Shown here one piece after another: positions 36,458 to 51,085 of a stretch of 64,000 nt of DNA; within the stretch, counting starts at the first letter, position 1, and each line of letters begins with the position of its first letter. The stretch is taken from the NCBI RefSeq assembly GCF_006345805.1, contig NC_043013.1, positions 25,420,001-25,484,000 of the forward strand, given 5' to 3'. A model generated the notes under the pieces. That model was not told the DNA's origin, made no database searches, and saw nothing but the letters and a program-made list of their open reading frames with translations. The stretch is from Octopus sinensis (Eukaryota). Position numbers and translations under genes: made by a program.

Positions 36458-39400
36458 GTAATATCACGAGTTTAATAATGGTTTAAAAAAAAAGAAATTG
36501 TTTCCATACATTATATGTATTTATATATATATATGTATATATATATTATTCTTATTGTTCCAAGTTCAAATCTATGATGAATTCTACAACTTCAACCCCA
36601 ACTTTTTTGTGATGTTATACCTTTTAGTAGTATTCTACCTTTAATTAAATCAAAATTAATTTTCTGATTAATAACTATATTACTTGGCTCAAAAATTTGT
36701 GTGAAGTCTATACCAGTATTTTCTTTATTCCTAAAAAAATCTTAATTTCTTGAAATTTAACGTTCCATATATTAAATGGAATATCTTATGGGATTACATA
36801 TAAAATGAATGTAGGCCATTTGCACTTAATATTCTCCCATTTAGGTGCCTTTTGTTATATCTTGTCATGTCGAGACACAAATCACAAATATGAACAGCTC
36901 TATTAATATAAAAATAAAAAACAAAACTTTGGTGAACTTTTTATATGATGTATTAAAAATATATTCTAAGTTAAAAATTTGTTGGAATAATATAATATTG
37001 ATGTGATTCAATTCTATAAATCGAATCAAATTTGAAGATTTATTTTTTATGATCACAACTAAATAACAGCAAGTTCACATTGGACATAATGCATTTTTAC
37101 TGCAATAAAATATAAATTTCACAAAATCTTTGTTATGAATTTCAAATATTTAGAGACGCTTTATTATTTTTTTCACTAAAAAGGTGTTGAGCTGGCAGAA
37201 CCATTAGCATGCTGGGCGAAATACTGAGTGGTCTTTCATCTGTTTTCATGTTTTGAATTCAAATACCGCTGCAGTTGACTTTATCTTTTGTCTTTTTGGG
37301 GTCAATAAATTCAGGACCAGTGAAGCACTGGGGTTGATGTAATTGACTAGTCCCCACCCCTAAAGTTTCAGGCTGTGTGCCTTAAGTAGAAAGGATTATT
37401 TTTTTCACTAAAGCATCACTTGTTTTGACAAGAATTGATCTATCAAAGATATTATTTGCTCTCTATTCTTGTGTGTGTGTGTGTGTGTGTGTGTTGAGGG
37501 GAAATATATCTAATATTTAGGTTTTAATAAAATATTACCTATTTCTTTGCACATTTTAAATATTATGATTATACTAGTTATAACTCGGTCCACTACCTTT
37601 TCAAAACATTGGCTTCACATTTTGGTACAAGACCAATAATTTCAGGTGAGGGGGCAAGTTGAACACATTGATCCCAGTGCACAATCGGTAGTTATTTTAT
37701 TGACCCCGAAAGGACGAAAGGCAAAGCTGACCTCAGCAATATTTGAACTCAGAATATCAAAATAGATGACATGCTGCTGAGAATTTGGCCCAACATGCCA
37801 ACGCTTCAGCCTGTTCACCGCCTTAATATATATCCATAACAAAATATTGGTTTCAAATTTTGGCACAAGGCCAGCAATTTCAGGAGAGGGAGTAAGTGTT
37901 CCAGTGTTCAACTGGTATTTATTTTATCAGCCCCAAAAGGACAAAAGGCTAAGATGACCTCAGCAGAATTGGAACATAAAGATGGACAAAATGCTGTTAA
38001 GCATTCTGCCCAGCATGCTAATGATTCTGCCAGCTCACCGGCTTACAATCCTACCATGATATTGAATATAAAACCTTACGATCCATTGGGTCACGTGCAG
38101 AGGTCATAATAAAGACTATATTCATGTGGATTATCCTTGTTAAGCCAGATTGGTGCAAATCTTGTCCATCTCTATGATAATCACACAGTAGAAGTTGAAC
38201 TCATCATTGAATGGTAACAAGCACTCATCAGTTTTTAAGTCTTGCCACTTATTCTATGGGGTTTGCTTAAAACTTGGTGGACAGTACAGTCTGAGAGTTC
38301 AATGTATTGGCCATGGATGGCCTTGCAAAGATTTAAAGTCAGAATACTAAATACTGCATGCATTTTGTATGCTGTTCTAATGGTTCTGCTGATGAGGTAC
38401 AAACCTTCATTCTCCATTTCGGTTATCTCGCTTCCTGTCAACTCTGTTCTCCAAACAAAATTTATGGAATACAAAAATGCTACAGATTTCCTCCCCTCAT
38501 AGTTTTGCTTTACTAGTTGGTCAGAAAAAGAAAGGCAATGTCCATAGCCATTGCCTGTCCCTCAGAGACCATTTATACCTGTGGTTCTTAACTGGAATCC
38601 ATATGGTCCTTAGGGGTCCTCATAAGATTTTGTCATTGAAATTTATGTGCAATCATTTGGTCACACTTCCACAATGCACAAAATATTTGAACAATTTTTT
38701 AAAAATAATTTCTAATAACATTTAATTGTAAAAATACAATAAGAATTTTTTAAACATTGAAAGGCTATGAGGGTTCTTCTTTGTGAAATAGGAATCAAAG
38801 GGTTCCATAGGTAAAAAATAGTTGGGAATCACTGATTTATATTTTGTAGGACCATTTCAGTTCTTCTAACTTAATAGGACTGAAATGAATGATGTTAAAT
38901 TTGCACTCGAGCAATTTCTTTTGGGGTAGGAAGCATGAACAGGAAAATGGTTCTTGAGAGAGATACACGGCTAAGGGAGAAGAATCAAGCAAAATATGGT
39001 TTGGTTTGGCAGTTGACAGATGAAGAAACACAGTTGAATGAGAAATGTGTGTGTGTGTGCATGCATGTGCATGTGTATGTGTGTGCACACATGTGGAAAT
39101 ATATATTTTTTGAATAGTGTTGCAAAGAGCAAACATTTCCTTTCATAAAGTTACTTGCTATGATAGAAATGCAATTTATTACAAATATATTTTGTTTCTT
39201 TTTTGTTAAATTTGAAATAAAAAAGATTTAAGAATGAAAAATTGTTATATTCGTTAATTGTCATATTGTTAATTGAATTTTCTAGGAGAGACAGAAAAAA
39301 AAAATTTTTTTATTGCTAGAGTATTCAGCAGAGAGCCTTGCTACAGCACATCCTTATTTAATGAGAGAATTGAGATATAATGAAATGAATCATTGAAAGG

Positions 39401-41149
39401 TTTTTCATAAAAAAATGTTTGTCCTTCCAAATTTTCTTGAACGCCACATTAATGTTTTATGCTCTGCCTCCCAGTAATCACATTCCAATAGAACATGTGT
39501 GTGTGTTTGTCCCCCACCACTGCTTGACAATTGGTGGTGGAGTGTTCATTTCCCCAAAACTTAGCCTTTTCGTAAATGAAATTTAAAAAGAAAAAAAAAT
39601 TAAAATACTGGAATTGATTCATTGGAGCTAAAAATTCTTCAAGGTGGTGCCTCAGCATGGCTCTAGTCTAATGACCAAAACAACTAAAAAAAATGAATAA
39701 AAACCCCAGAAGAATGTAGATCAATGATACAAGAGAGAAACATGGAGCTGTTAAAAGCTAAAAGTAGGCTGTTGGTTGCTGCCCAGGTGTAGAGATACTG
39801 TGTTTTTGAAATAACTTATGACTGTTTGTTAAGAAAACAACTTGTTAAGTGCATAAACTGGAGGAAAACACAATGAAAGCCTCTCTCTACAGAATGCCAT
39901 TGTTGATCTTCAGAAGGCCTTTGTAGTTTTGTGTTAACAAAAAGGCAGGTGCAGATTTGTGTCAGTTATTTTTGGTATACTCTATTATGAGTTTCAGTCA
40001 TTTGACTGCAGTCATGTTGGAGCAGCACCTTCAGTTGAACAAATCAACCCCAGGACTTATTCTTTGTAAATTTAGTACTTATCGTATCAGTCTCTTTTGC
40101 CTAACTGCTAAATTTCAGGGATATAAACACACCAACATCGGTTGTCAAGTGATGATGGGGCGTCAGACACAGACACATAAATATTATATACATACATATA
40201 GGCATAGGAGTGGCTGTGTGGTAAGTAGCTTGCTTCCCAACCACATGGTTCCAGGTTCAATCCCATTGCGTGGCATCTCGGGCAAGTGTCTTTTACTATA
40301 GCCTCAGACCGACCAAAGCCTTGTGAGTGGATTTAGTAGGCGGAAACTGAAAAAAGCCCATCGCATATATATATATGTGTGTGTGTGTGTGTGTATGTTT
40401 GTGTGTCTGTGTTCGTCCCCTCACCATCACTTGACAACTGAATTTGGCGTGTTTATGTCCCTGTAACTTAGCAGTTCAGCAAAAGAGACCAATAGAATAA
40501 GTACTTGGCTTACAACGATTAAATCCTGGGGTTGATTTGTTTGATTAAAGGCAGTGCTCCAGCATGGCCACAGTCAAATGACTGAAACTAGATCAAATCA
40601 CTATACACAACGGGCTTCTTTCAGTTTCCATTCACCAAATCCACTCACAAGGATTTGGTTGGCCCAAAGTTATAGTAGAAGTCACTTGTCCAACATGCCA
40701 TGCAGTGGGACTGAACCCGGAACTATGTGGTTGGTAAGCAAGCTTCTTACCACACAGCCATGCTTGCGCCTGTATCATTTATCTTTTACTAGTTTTATTC
40801 ATCTGACTACGGCCATGCTGGGGTACCACTTTGAGGAACTTTTGTGAAATGAATTAACCCCAGTACTTTTATCTTCCAGCCTGGTACTTATTCTGTCTGT
40901 CTCTTTTGCAAAACTGTTAAGTTACAGGGACATAAACAAACCAACACTGGTTGTCAAGTGTTGGTAGAAAACAAATAGATGCAAAGACACAAATACATGC
41001 ACATATGCATATATCATCTTCGTTTAGTGTTCGCTTTCCATGCTAGCATGGGTTGGACGGTTCAACTGGGGTCTGGGAAGCCAGAAAGCTGCACCAGGCC
41101 CAGTCTGATCTGGCAATGTTTCTACAGCTGGACGCCCTTCCTAACGCCA

Positions 41150-41180
<31 letters not shown>

Positions 41181-42174
41181 GCTTCTTTCAGTTTCCATCA
41201 ACCAAATCCACTCACAAGGCTTTGGTGAGCCAGGGGTTATATTAAGAAGACACTTTTCCAAGGTGCAATTTTCTGATATCCCTTTTAAGATATTGAAACC
41301 ATTTGGTGAAATTGAGCAACAGCCAGTCTTGGCTGCTATATCAATGTGTGTGTGTGTGTGTGTGTTTGTGAATCCGTGTGTAAGACAGTGTATTCAGCTG
41401 CAATCCTTTAAAAAGGTAAAACTTGATCACTCTATAGGGATATGAATGCCCTAAAAGCCCTTGAAAACAGTGCTCCAGCATGACTTGAAGCAGTAAAAGA
41501 ATGCAGAGGGCTATCTGCATAAAATAGTGACCAGGTCAAGTCTCCCTCAAATTGTACGAGCCATAGATATGGCCAGTATGGAAAGCAGATTGAAAATGGT
41601 GAGCAGGAGGAAGATATCAGTTATACCATACAAAACATTGTGGTTTCAATGCCAAAAGTGGCTCTTGCCTGTTTTAACCGTTTAGCATTTAAAGCAAGCA
41701 AATCAAACCAAAATATATATATGTACATATTTGCATGTGTGTTCATCCCCCATCATCGCTTGATAGCTGATGCTGGTGTGTTTACATCTCCATAGCTTAG
41801 TGGTTCGGCAAAAGTGACCAATCGAATAAGTACTAGACTTACAAAGAATAAGCACTGAGGTTGATTTGTTCAACTAAAGGCAGTGCTCCAGCACAGCCAC
41901 AGGAAAATGACCGAAATAAGTAAAAGAATAAATAAACTGGTTTTACTACCACAAAACAAAAAATAATTCAATTTTTTTTTCACACAATTCCTAATAATAA
42001 TTAATTACGAGAATATAATAGGAATTTTTAAACATTGAACAGTTATGAGGGTTCACCCGGGCAAAATGGGAATGAAAGGAATTAATGGGTAAAATCAACT
42101 GAGTGCCAGTGCTTTAGACCAAAGTTTGGAGCTGAGCAAGCTTTTGAAATATCAACCAATAAAAACATATGTTA

Positions 42175-42382
42175 ACCGTTTTGATACCAACCTGGCTGAA
42201 ATCGCTTCTGGCCCCGAGTACAAATGTCTTGTTTTCATAAGTTTTGAATTAAAACCTTAGTCATAATTTATATTCCTAACACAAGCTTAATGATAACTAA
42301 GTTATTTTACTAAATTCTTTGTTATATTTAAAATTAATTGAAAGAAACACAGCATCTTAACAGAAATATGGTAATGAAAGGG
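42175..42382. mobile_element. TTAA-flanked MITE; second copy 52397-52611, partial copy 42414-42510
   Basis: TTAA flanks; in the 52397 copy the TIR is CCCTTTCATTACCA / TGGTAAGAAAAGGG. Confidence 0.8.
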
Positions 42383-44790
42383 TTAAAATATATAATAGAG
42401 AAACAATTCTTAACCCTTGTGATACCCACCTGGCTGAAACCACCTCTGGCTCTGTAGTACAAATGTCATTAACACAGAGCATCTCAAAATAAATACGGTA
42501 ATGAAAGGGTTAAATTATCTTAGTGGTGCAGCCATGATTTATGATTTATCATGAGCAATATCTATATTAGTCTACTTTAGCCATTCAGCATTCAGATTTC
42601 TTTATCAGATGTATTGCTTATTGTTTTGAATTAATCATGCATGGCTGTATGATAAGAAGCTTGCTTACCAACCATATGGTCTCAGGTTCAGTCCAATTAC
42701 GTGGCACCCTGTGCAAGTGTCTACCACTATAGCCTCGGCCCAACCAAAGCCTTCTGAGTGGATTTAGTAAATGGAAACTGAAAGGAGCTCATTGTATATA
42801 TATATATATCATCATCATCGTTTAACGTCCGTTTTCCGCGCTAGCACGGGTTGGACGGTTTCGATCGGGGTCTGGGGAGCAAGGGACTGCCCCAGGCTCC
42901 AGTCTAGTCTGGCAGAGTTTCTACAGCTGGATGCCCTTCCTAACGCCAACCACTCCGCGAGTGTAGTGGGTGTGTTTTACGTGCCACCTGCACAGGTGCC
43001 AGAGGGGTCTGGCATCGGCCACGTTCGGATGGTGCTTTTTTTTATGTGGTGGGGGGGGGTGCAGAAATATAGGGGAGCACCAGTGGGGAGGGGTGGTTCA
43101 GAGAAATGATGACAGGTTCTAGGCAAGTAGAACGTAGGATATCAAGAGAGGGGTAATGCATGGTGAAATAGCGTATTGAAGAGGGGGGTTCGAAGAGTAG
43201 ACACCTATTATGGTGGTGGGAGAAGCGACATCCGGTATGGATGGAGCAAAAATATAGAGATATCCAGTATTGGTGGTGGGGGTGGGAGGGCGGGTGCACC
43301 GCAAATACACGATGGTTGATGAATACACGAGAGGCGAGATGGGTAATGGATAAATTAGTTAAAATAATTAGATAGATATAGAAATTAGTTAAAAATAGTT
43401 AGATAGATAAGAACGCATGTATGATTGATGGGGAAGTGAAATAATAAATAAGCATTCAACTTATCTGTTAGATGAATGAATGAATGAAAGAGCAGAAGTT
43501 TGGGGCTGCGTTTTTTTTTTTTTTTAAATAAAGATTGTCCGGAGGAAGAAGGCGCGAATACACGATGGTTGATGAATACACGAGAGGGGAGATGGGTAAT
43601 GGATAATGTGTGTGTGTTTGTTTGTCCCTCCTGCCACTGCTTGACAATAGGTGTTGGTCTGTTTATGTCCCCATAACTTAGCAGTTTGGCAAGAGAAATT
43701 GATACAATAAGTCCTGGAATTGATTTTGACTAAAAAAACGAAAAAAACCTATAAAGTGGTGCTCCAGCATGATCAAGTCACATGACTGACACAAGTAAAA
43801 GAATAGAAGAATGCATTATCTTGTAGCTTCAAGATTTCAATGGCATGTTTGTATATTTTTAGAATGACATTGTAAAATAGGTGTGAAAGGATAGATCTGG
43901 TCAGTTTTAACAAAGCAGGTAGAATATTTGGGCCAGATATGGCTGCCTTAGGACACAATAAACTAGAGCAGCCCAAGAAAAACATTAAAAATTCTTTAAT
44001 GGAAGGAAAACAGATTGTTAGAATACATAACCTCTAATGACAAAACCTTTCAGAATAGCATTTATAGCAGAAAAAAAAGACAATCAAATTCTTTGAAAAA
44101 CATCTCAACTTTATTTATGAATTTCTCTTTTTATTTAAATCAGCATCAAAAATCGGGGAGGAGGGGAATCACATTGGAAGGAATTTGAGGGGAAGGGAAA
44201 AGACAAAAAAAAAAAAAAAACTCTTTTTTCTAACTCAGCAGTGCCAAGGAACAATTGTAGATAAACAAATTAGACAAAATTGAATTGTACCCAGCTAGAA
44301 AATCTGTATGCCACATCAATTTATGAAAATTCAGTGGAAGCTATAATATATATCTTACATTTTAATTTTATTTTCTTATAAAAATTATGGTGAAGCAACT
44401 GTCTCTTTCCACTGTTTCACAGGAATGTTATATAAGTATAGTGTCATGGTAAACTTTAGGATTTGCCATTCATTGGAATATTTACAGACATAATACTCAA
44501 TCAATCAATGCAGAAGAAACCAAATTTGTTTTGTTTTTTTTTAACTTTTTCAAATTTTGGTAGGTTATTTATTTAAAAGCGGGTTAAATGCCCTGCTTCC
44601 TATGATTTGATATGTCAATTTATTATTTTTTTTTAGTTTGTTTTTAATTAAAACATCTTACAAAGATCAATCTTCCAACAAAAGAGAAAAAAATAAAACA
44701 TTATATACACACATACATACATACATACAAACCGACATTACTGTCAGATATCTTTGCCCCAAAGAAATACACCAGCCATAATTTTATATA

Positions 44791-44831
<41 letters not shown>

Positions 44832-47800
44832 ATATACATATATACACATACATATGTACATTTATTACATGTAGAGAGGCTAATGTTTTATATTCATTTC
44901 TAACTTTGGCACAAAGCCACAAATTTGTTGGGAAGGGGTATATATATATATATAGTTGATTGGATCAACTCCCAGTAAATTACTGGTACTTATTTTATCA
45001 ATCCCAGGGGGAATGAAAGGCAAAGTTAGCCCTAGCTGGAGTTGGACTCTGAACATAAAGGGGATGTGACACAACACTCCACACAGTATTTCGTCCAACA
45101 CTCCTGTATTTCTGCCATTCAACTGCTCTGATGTTTCATTCTATTGACAGAAGGTAATAAAGCTCTCACTAATTTTTGATTGATGAATATCTATAAAAAG
45201 ATATGAAACCATTATTATTTTGTGTTTTTCTTTCCTCACAGTGAATCTACACTCAAAATCTGTTTCTCAATTCTTTATCAGAAAACTGTTTGCAATTATA
45301 GTGACTCTCCTAAAACTGTGTTAAAAAATGAATGAAACAAATTGTAGCCAAAGTCAAAAATTCAAATGATTTACTTATTTTTAAAGATATTTGGGTTCAG
45401 GGGAAATGAAGAAACATAAAAAAAGAAAAGAAAAGACTTTTCAGATCTGGAAATAAATAAATAAAATGAAGATTTGTAAAAGAAAAAGTAAAAAAAAAAA
45501 CATAAAATAAAGAGAAAGGAAAAGAAACTGAAGAACCATTTAGATTGTTCTAGATACAAGTAAAATGTTGCCAAATGAAGTAATGCAAAAATAACAAGTG
45601 ATCCCAGTATTTTTGCTCTCTTCAATTATTTTCTGGAAGACTTACAAATAGGAACACAAGTCATATCAAACTGCATTTTATTGTTTTGTAATTCTTGGGT
45701 AAACTTCAGCAGGAGAAAAGTTTGTTTTTAATAATGAGCACAGTAAGTCTGATAAGGATGCATCAACATAGGTTTTACTACATTCTGTATCAAATGAAAA
45801 AAAAAAAAAGACTAGAAAAGCAACATTTTTTAACACATACACACAAACACCAATAGTTGACAAGGAGCCATGAACCTACACCATACCTCTCTTAACAGCA
45901 AAACCTGAAGGGAAGAAAATTACAATGATTTTAACTGAATTCTAGTCTAGAATAATGAACAAATTAAATAAAACAAGAGTAAAAAAAAAAAAAAGCTTAT
46001 TTAATTTTAAAGTAGTGAGAAATAGATTAAATAGGATTCCCTTTTTAGAAACATACAATCTGCAAACAGTAAATAAGTCTTATTAAAATAAAAATAAAAA
46101 TGTTAAGCAGTGTGAAGTTAACAGACAATCTTAGTATTTATGTATGACTTGTGAAAATAAAAACAATCACATTTGTGAATGAATGTTATTCTTTAAAGGA
46201 AGAGTGTGGATAGAAGCTTATGTTAGAGGAGCAGAATTTAATTTAAAAAATAATAAAATACACAATTTGTTTAAACATAATTATATATAAATGTTCTTTA
46301 AAATATTTTACAACACTTTAAAAACAAAATATATATATTTTTTATTACAGTTTATTGGAGCATTGTTATAATTTTGCTTTATTTATTTTTGTTTTTTATA
46401 AGCATCAATTTTATGAAGAAAAGAGTTCTTTGAGAACAAGAAGGACTGATAAAAGAATCATAATTTAACTGCTTGATTTAGGTTTGATATATGCAGAAAA
46501 GTAATATCATGTCCTTATTAGTAGAAAAATATAGTATACATTTTTATGAAATGTGTACTGGGCAGAATCATTTAACATGCACATATAACGTATATTAGCT
46601 TGCCTGAGTACTTAACAGCAACTAATAGAACTATATATATATAAATTTTTATATATATATATATATGATGATGCACACATTCACATATATGTGTGCTTAA
46701 GAAGGCCAAATATGCTTTACTTTATAGCAACCATTCATGTTTGAGATTGTAGACGGCATTTAAGAAAACTGCTGTCTAACAAGAGTTTACTCAAACACTG
46801 GCTGTCGAACACAAAGTGTGTCTTCTCTCTGTCTCTTCTTCTGCTTTTGCCCTCCTTCTTGGAATTTAATTTTACCACCCTCACCTCAACCCATACAATA
46901 CAGTTTCTCCCCACTTTTCCCCAGCCATACAATCTCCTGGATTCTGTACCAAACACATTTGCTGAATCTTGTCCCTGCTCTAATATTACATACCAGTGGA
47001 GCTCCCTCTCTGCTCGAGCTTTTCCAATTCCTCTCCCTGCACTAGAACTATATACCTCTCGAATTCTCTCTCAACCTGAATGCTAAATGTACAAATACCA
47101 CCAGCCTGTCTTTCAGCCTGAGACAGTCTATAACAACTATAGGTACTCATCTTGCTTTTTATATTAATAATAAAACTTGCAACTATAATTAGATGTACAG
47201 ATATATACACAAATATACATACACATGCACACATCATAATAGTAGTATAGTAGTAGTACTAATAAAAACCATTGTTTCTTAGAGGCACAAAGCCACAAAT
47301 TTTAAGGGAAGGGGTTACTTGATTAAACTGATTCCAGTATTTGTCTGGTATTTTATTTAATCAAACCTGGAAAGACGAAAAGCAAAGTCAAACAAAGAAT
47401 ATAAATGAACCTGACACAAAACATTTTTGTTTGCTGCCTAACCAAATTTATCATTTGCTGTCTTTAAAAACATTAATAATAATAATAATTTAAACATCTA
47501 AATTTACCTGTGAATAGCTCTTTAAAATACGAAAAAAAATAAAACCAACAAAACAAATTAATTTTGTTTTATCTCCAAGCTGACTCAAAATGAATGCTTG
47601 ATTTCAAGTTAATAAACTCATATTTATACATTAGAATGCTAATTTTCCCTGTCAACACAAACATATATTCCAAAATGTCAATGGTAGTGTGTTGTAATTT
47701 AAAGCTATTCTAAAACAATCCCTTAAAATATGGTTTTCTAACTTGGTCCCAAAACCAAATTATTGTTGATGAAAGGGTTTGATATTTAGTTTACTATCCT

Positions 47801-49792
47801 TGACCAGCATTACTGCCCCTTATTTCTTTATAATAAAAGGTCTCCTTTTCATATTTCCAGCATTGTCAATGTAGGTTTAATATGAAAATTAATGTCACCA
47901 GTTATTCATTATTTACGTTTAAATTGTGCTTTCCTACTTTTCATGGGCAATAGAAAAACAAATAACAATTTATACATACATGTATACACAAACATACATG
48001 TTTATATTTTTGAAGAAATGTCCCTGGTGGTAAGAGAATCTATATCTTCTAAGAGACATATGTTTGATGCCAACCAGTTACTCTCTTACAGTCATTTGTG
48101 CTTGCATCCACACTTAATTGGTAATATAAACATTATTTGTTCGGTCCAAGATAAATCCTTAAAAGAAAAAAAAGAAAAGAAAAGAAAGAAGACCAATACA
48201 CTCACATACACAAATATATACATACATTTCTACTATGGCAAGAAGCTAGAGAAATGTGTTAAGACGAATGTGACTATATCTGTATTTAAAACATATTTGT
48301 TTAATAATAATGTCTAATTCTAAGTCATTTAAAAGAAAAAAAGAAAAGATTTTAAAAAAAGGGAAAACCAAAATCTAGTTCTCTAGTGCTCTGTCAGACA
48401 TTGATAAAAACAAAGCAGACTATGGAGACCGTCTGGATTCTTGAGTTTTCCGTCCTTCGTTGCTTGTACAACTTATAAAATCAGCATTGCATGAAGCTCA
48501 TAATGCTCTGCAGCAGGTTATTGCAAACCAAAGACAATGTTGCTTTGCAGGTACCAAAGTAGCATATTACCATCTGGAAATCTCTCTTCATTGAACTCAA
48601 TTACTCAATATCAGTTTAAGATAAGAAAAGAAAAAAAAGGAATCTTTCTGCCCACAAAAAAAAAGAAAGAAGGAAAGAAAGAAAGAAAAAGTATAGAGTC
48701 ACAGGAATATAAAAACGGTGCAGAATTTCATGACTATAAGTATGTTGGGATGTGAAATAAGTTATCACAAATGAAGTTGACTAGTTATAAAGAAAACCCC
48801 TAAAGACATGTTCATAGACACAGAAAAAAAAAAAACCTTGGATATCTTACACTTGGGTCCCAAATTAATAATAAATGGATTAAAAACAAAAGTATTGAGC
48901 TAATAGATAAAACATTATTTCATAGGATTGTATAACCAATGATATTTTCTAGTTAAAATGTTTTATAATAAATAACAGAATGCTTAAAAACTATTTTGAA
49001 AAATAAGTCATGAAGTGTCATTGTGTATTTTTCTGTTAAACCAACATGATGAACAGAATTTTAGTAAATCTTTGGTCCGTTCCCAATCCCTTCTAAAGAC
49101 CAGCTTGCAGAAACATTCTTCAAATGTAAGTAAAAATGATGATGATGATGGTTGTTGTTGTGATTGATGGTGGTGATGATATCAGCAGAAGCATGTATTT
49201 AGTGTCAAATGATTTTAGTAAATGAGATAAAGAGACAATATGAGATTGAGGTAATTAAATTAGAAAAGCTGGTAATTCTGAGAAAAAGAAATTTTGTTTG
49301 CAACCCTGAATAACAAGCATGGAATGGAAAACAAAATCCATCGTATAGTTTACATGAATTAGATATGTTTGTGGAGATGGGATAAAAATAAAAATACATT
49401 CATACTCTAATAAGCCAAAAGACCACATCACCAGAATGAGAATATTTAAAATAATCTAATGAGAAGCAAGTATAGAATCAGGATAAAATATTAAAATCTC
49501 ATTTAACAAGCAAGAGAAAAGAGAGAATGGAGGTGGTGGTTCAAGACAGAGTCCACTCTCTCATATTTGCTTTGATCTGTAGGTTATGTTGTTGCATGCC
49601 AAACAGCACAAAGGGAATATTTCAATGCTGATGCACTTTAAATAACAGCATTTATCCATCACCTCAAAGAGGGGAATTTAGCACCGGCATTTCTAATATC
49701 AAGGAACCGAAGAAGTGGGTGTTGAAGTGGGGGAGATGTAGAACGGTCAAAGAGACAGGTTTTTAGAGAGTAGGGAGGAAATAAGATATAGC

Positions 49793-49936
49793 TTAGAATG
49801 CATTGATTAGATCGTGTTCATAATATGCAATCAACCACATAATGCCAGAACCAAACAGCAATCCTAAACATTGGATGAACAAATGTAGAAAAGGATGCTC
49901 TCCTTCCCGAGTTTCAACAGAAGAAATTTCAGGCAA
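49793..49936 (-). CDS. SLC39A10: ZIP transporter last exon (TM8, stop)
   Basis: TTGCAG acceptor; LPEISS...CLGLLFGSGIMWLIAYYEHDLINAF*; phase 0. Confidence 0.9.
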   Translation of the reverse strand: MPEISSVETREGEHPFLHLFIQCLGLLFGSGIMWLIAYYEHDLINAF

Positions 49937-50852
49937 CTGCAATGAAAACAAAGAAAAATAAGTGTAAGAAACAATAAAGATGAAAATAATGTCAAATAAT
50001 TTTATATAATTTTTTTTAATGCATTTGTACACTAGCCTACACCACCACTACTACTATCATTTGAAATGGTTTGGTAAATTTACATGAATTGTTAGGGAAA
50101 ACATTTTACAAGCAGGCATCTTTCACTAACATCAATCACCATAATATGAAGCTGGGATGCCAGATGCAGGACTTCAACTAATGAGAAACTATCTCAGGAA
50201 AAAAAGCAAAAGCATTTGAGCTTCTTAATTCGGTTGATAAGATGATACAGAGCAGGACAAAGTAACATTAATTCGGCCTTGCTTAGACCATAAATACAGC
50301 AGTATGAATGGAATGAAATATTGGTCCCAAATTCTGGCACCAGTCCAGCAATTATTCATGTGGTGGGAAGCAAGGTGATTTACAAGAACTCCTGTGTTCA
50401 ACAGGTATTTATTTTATTGACCCAAAACAGATGAAAGGCAAAGTTGACCCCAACATCATTTGAACTCAGAACATCAAGTTCTAAAAAATGCTACTAAGCA
50501 GTTTACCTGGTATGGTGGGATGAAATATTAATAAGAATTTCAATTTTACTTAACAGAAGATTAAGGAGATTATCAATAGTTTTAAATTTAATGTTCATTT
50601 GTATGTCCTATACAATAAGGAAATGTCCTATATAATAGGACAAGTGTATTTGTGCCTTCAACAATTATGGGAAATGTTTATCTTTTTTTTTTCTAGTTTA
50701 ATATTTGCGTTAAGAGAATAAAACTGAAAATTTAGACAATGTAGAAGAATGAGAATAATGTAACTAAGGAAGACAGACAACTCCAGGGAAATTGGAGTTG
50801 TCTCCTTTTGCATCAAGCAAATTATAGTGGATTATTATTATTATTATTATTA

Positions 50853-51085
50853 TTACGTTGGTGCATAATTATTGTGGGTTTTTTTCAATAAATTTTATTT
50901 AACAAAAACAATAACAACATTTAATAAAAACATCTTTAAATGATTATTCCGACCAGCTGCCAAGCAGTAATTGAAGTAGATGGTGAATCTGCTCTGGAAT
51001 AATCATTTAAAGATGTTTTTGTTAAACGTTATTATTTTCGTTGAATAAAATTTATTGAAGCCGCAATAATTATGCACCAACCTAA
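50853..51085. mobile_element. Mariner-type MITE, TA TSD
   Basis: TA|TTACGTTGGTGCATAATTATTG ... CAATAATTATGCACCAACCTAA|TA. Confidence 0.85.

Noticed and set aside
38045-38500. Possible decayed Tc1 fragment or extra exon
   Set aside because: Only faint similarity, stops in all frames, no TIRs or convincing splice pair
44100-49792. Very long repeat-free ZIP 3'UTR
   Set aside because: The region does contain SINE and other repeat fragments, and AATAAA-like signals are too frequent to place the transcript end
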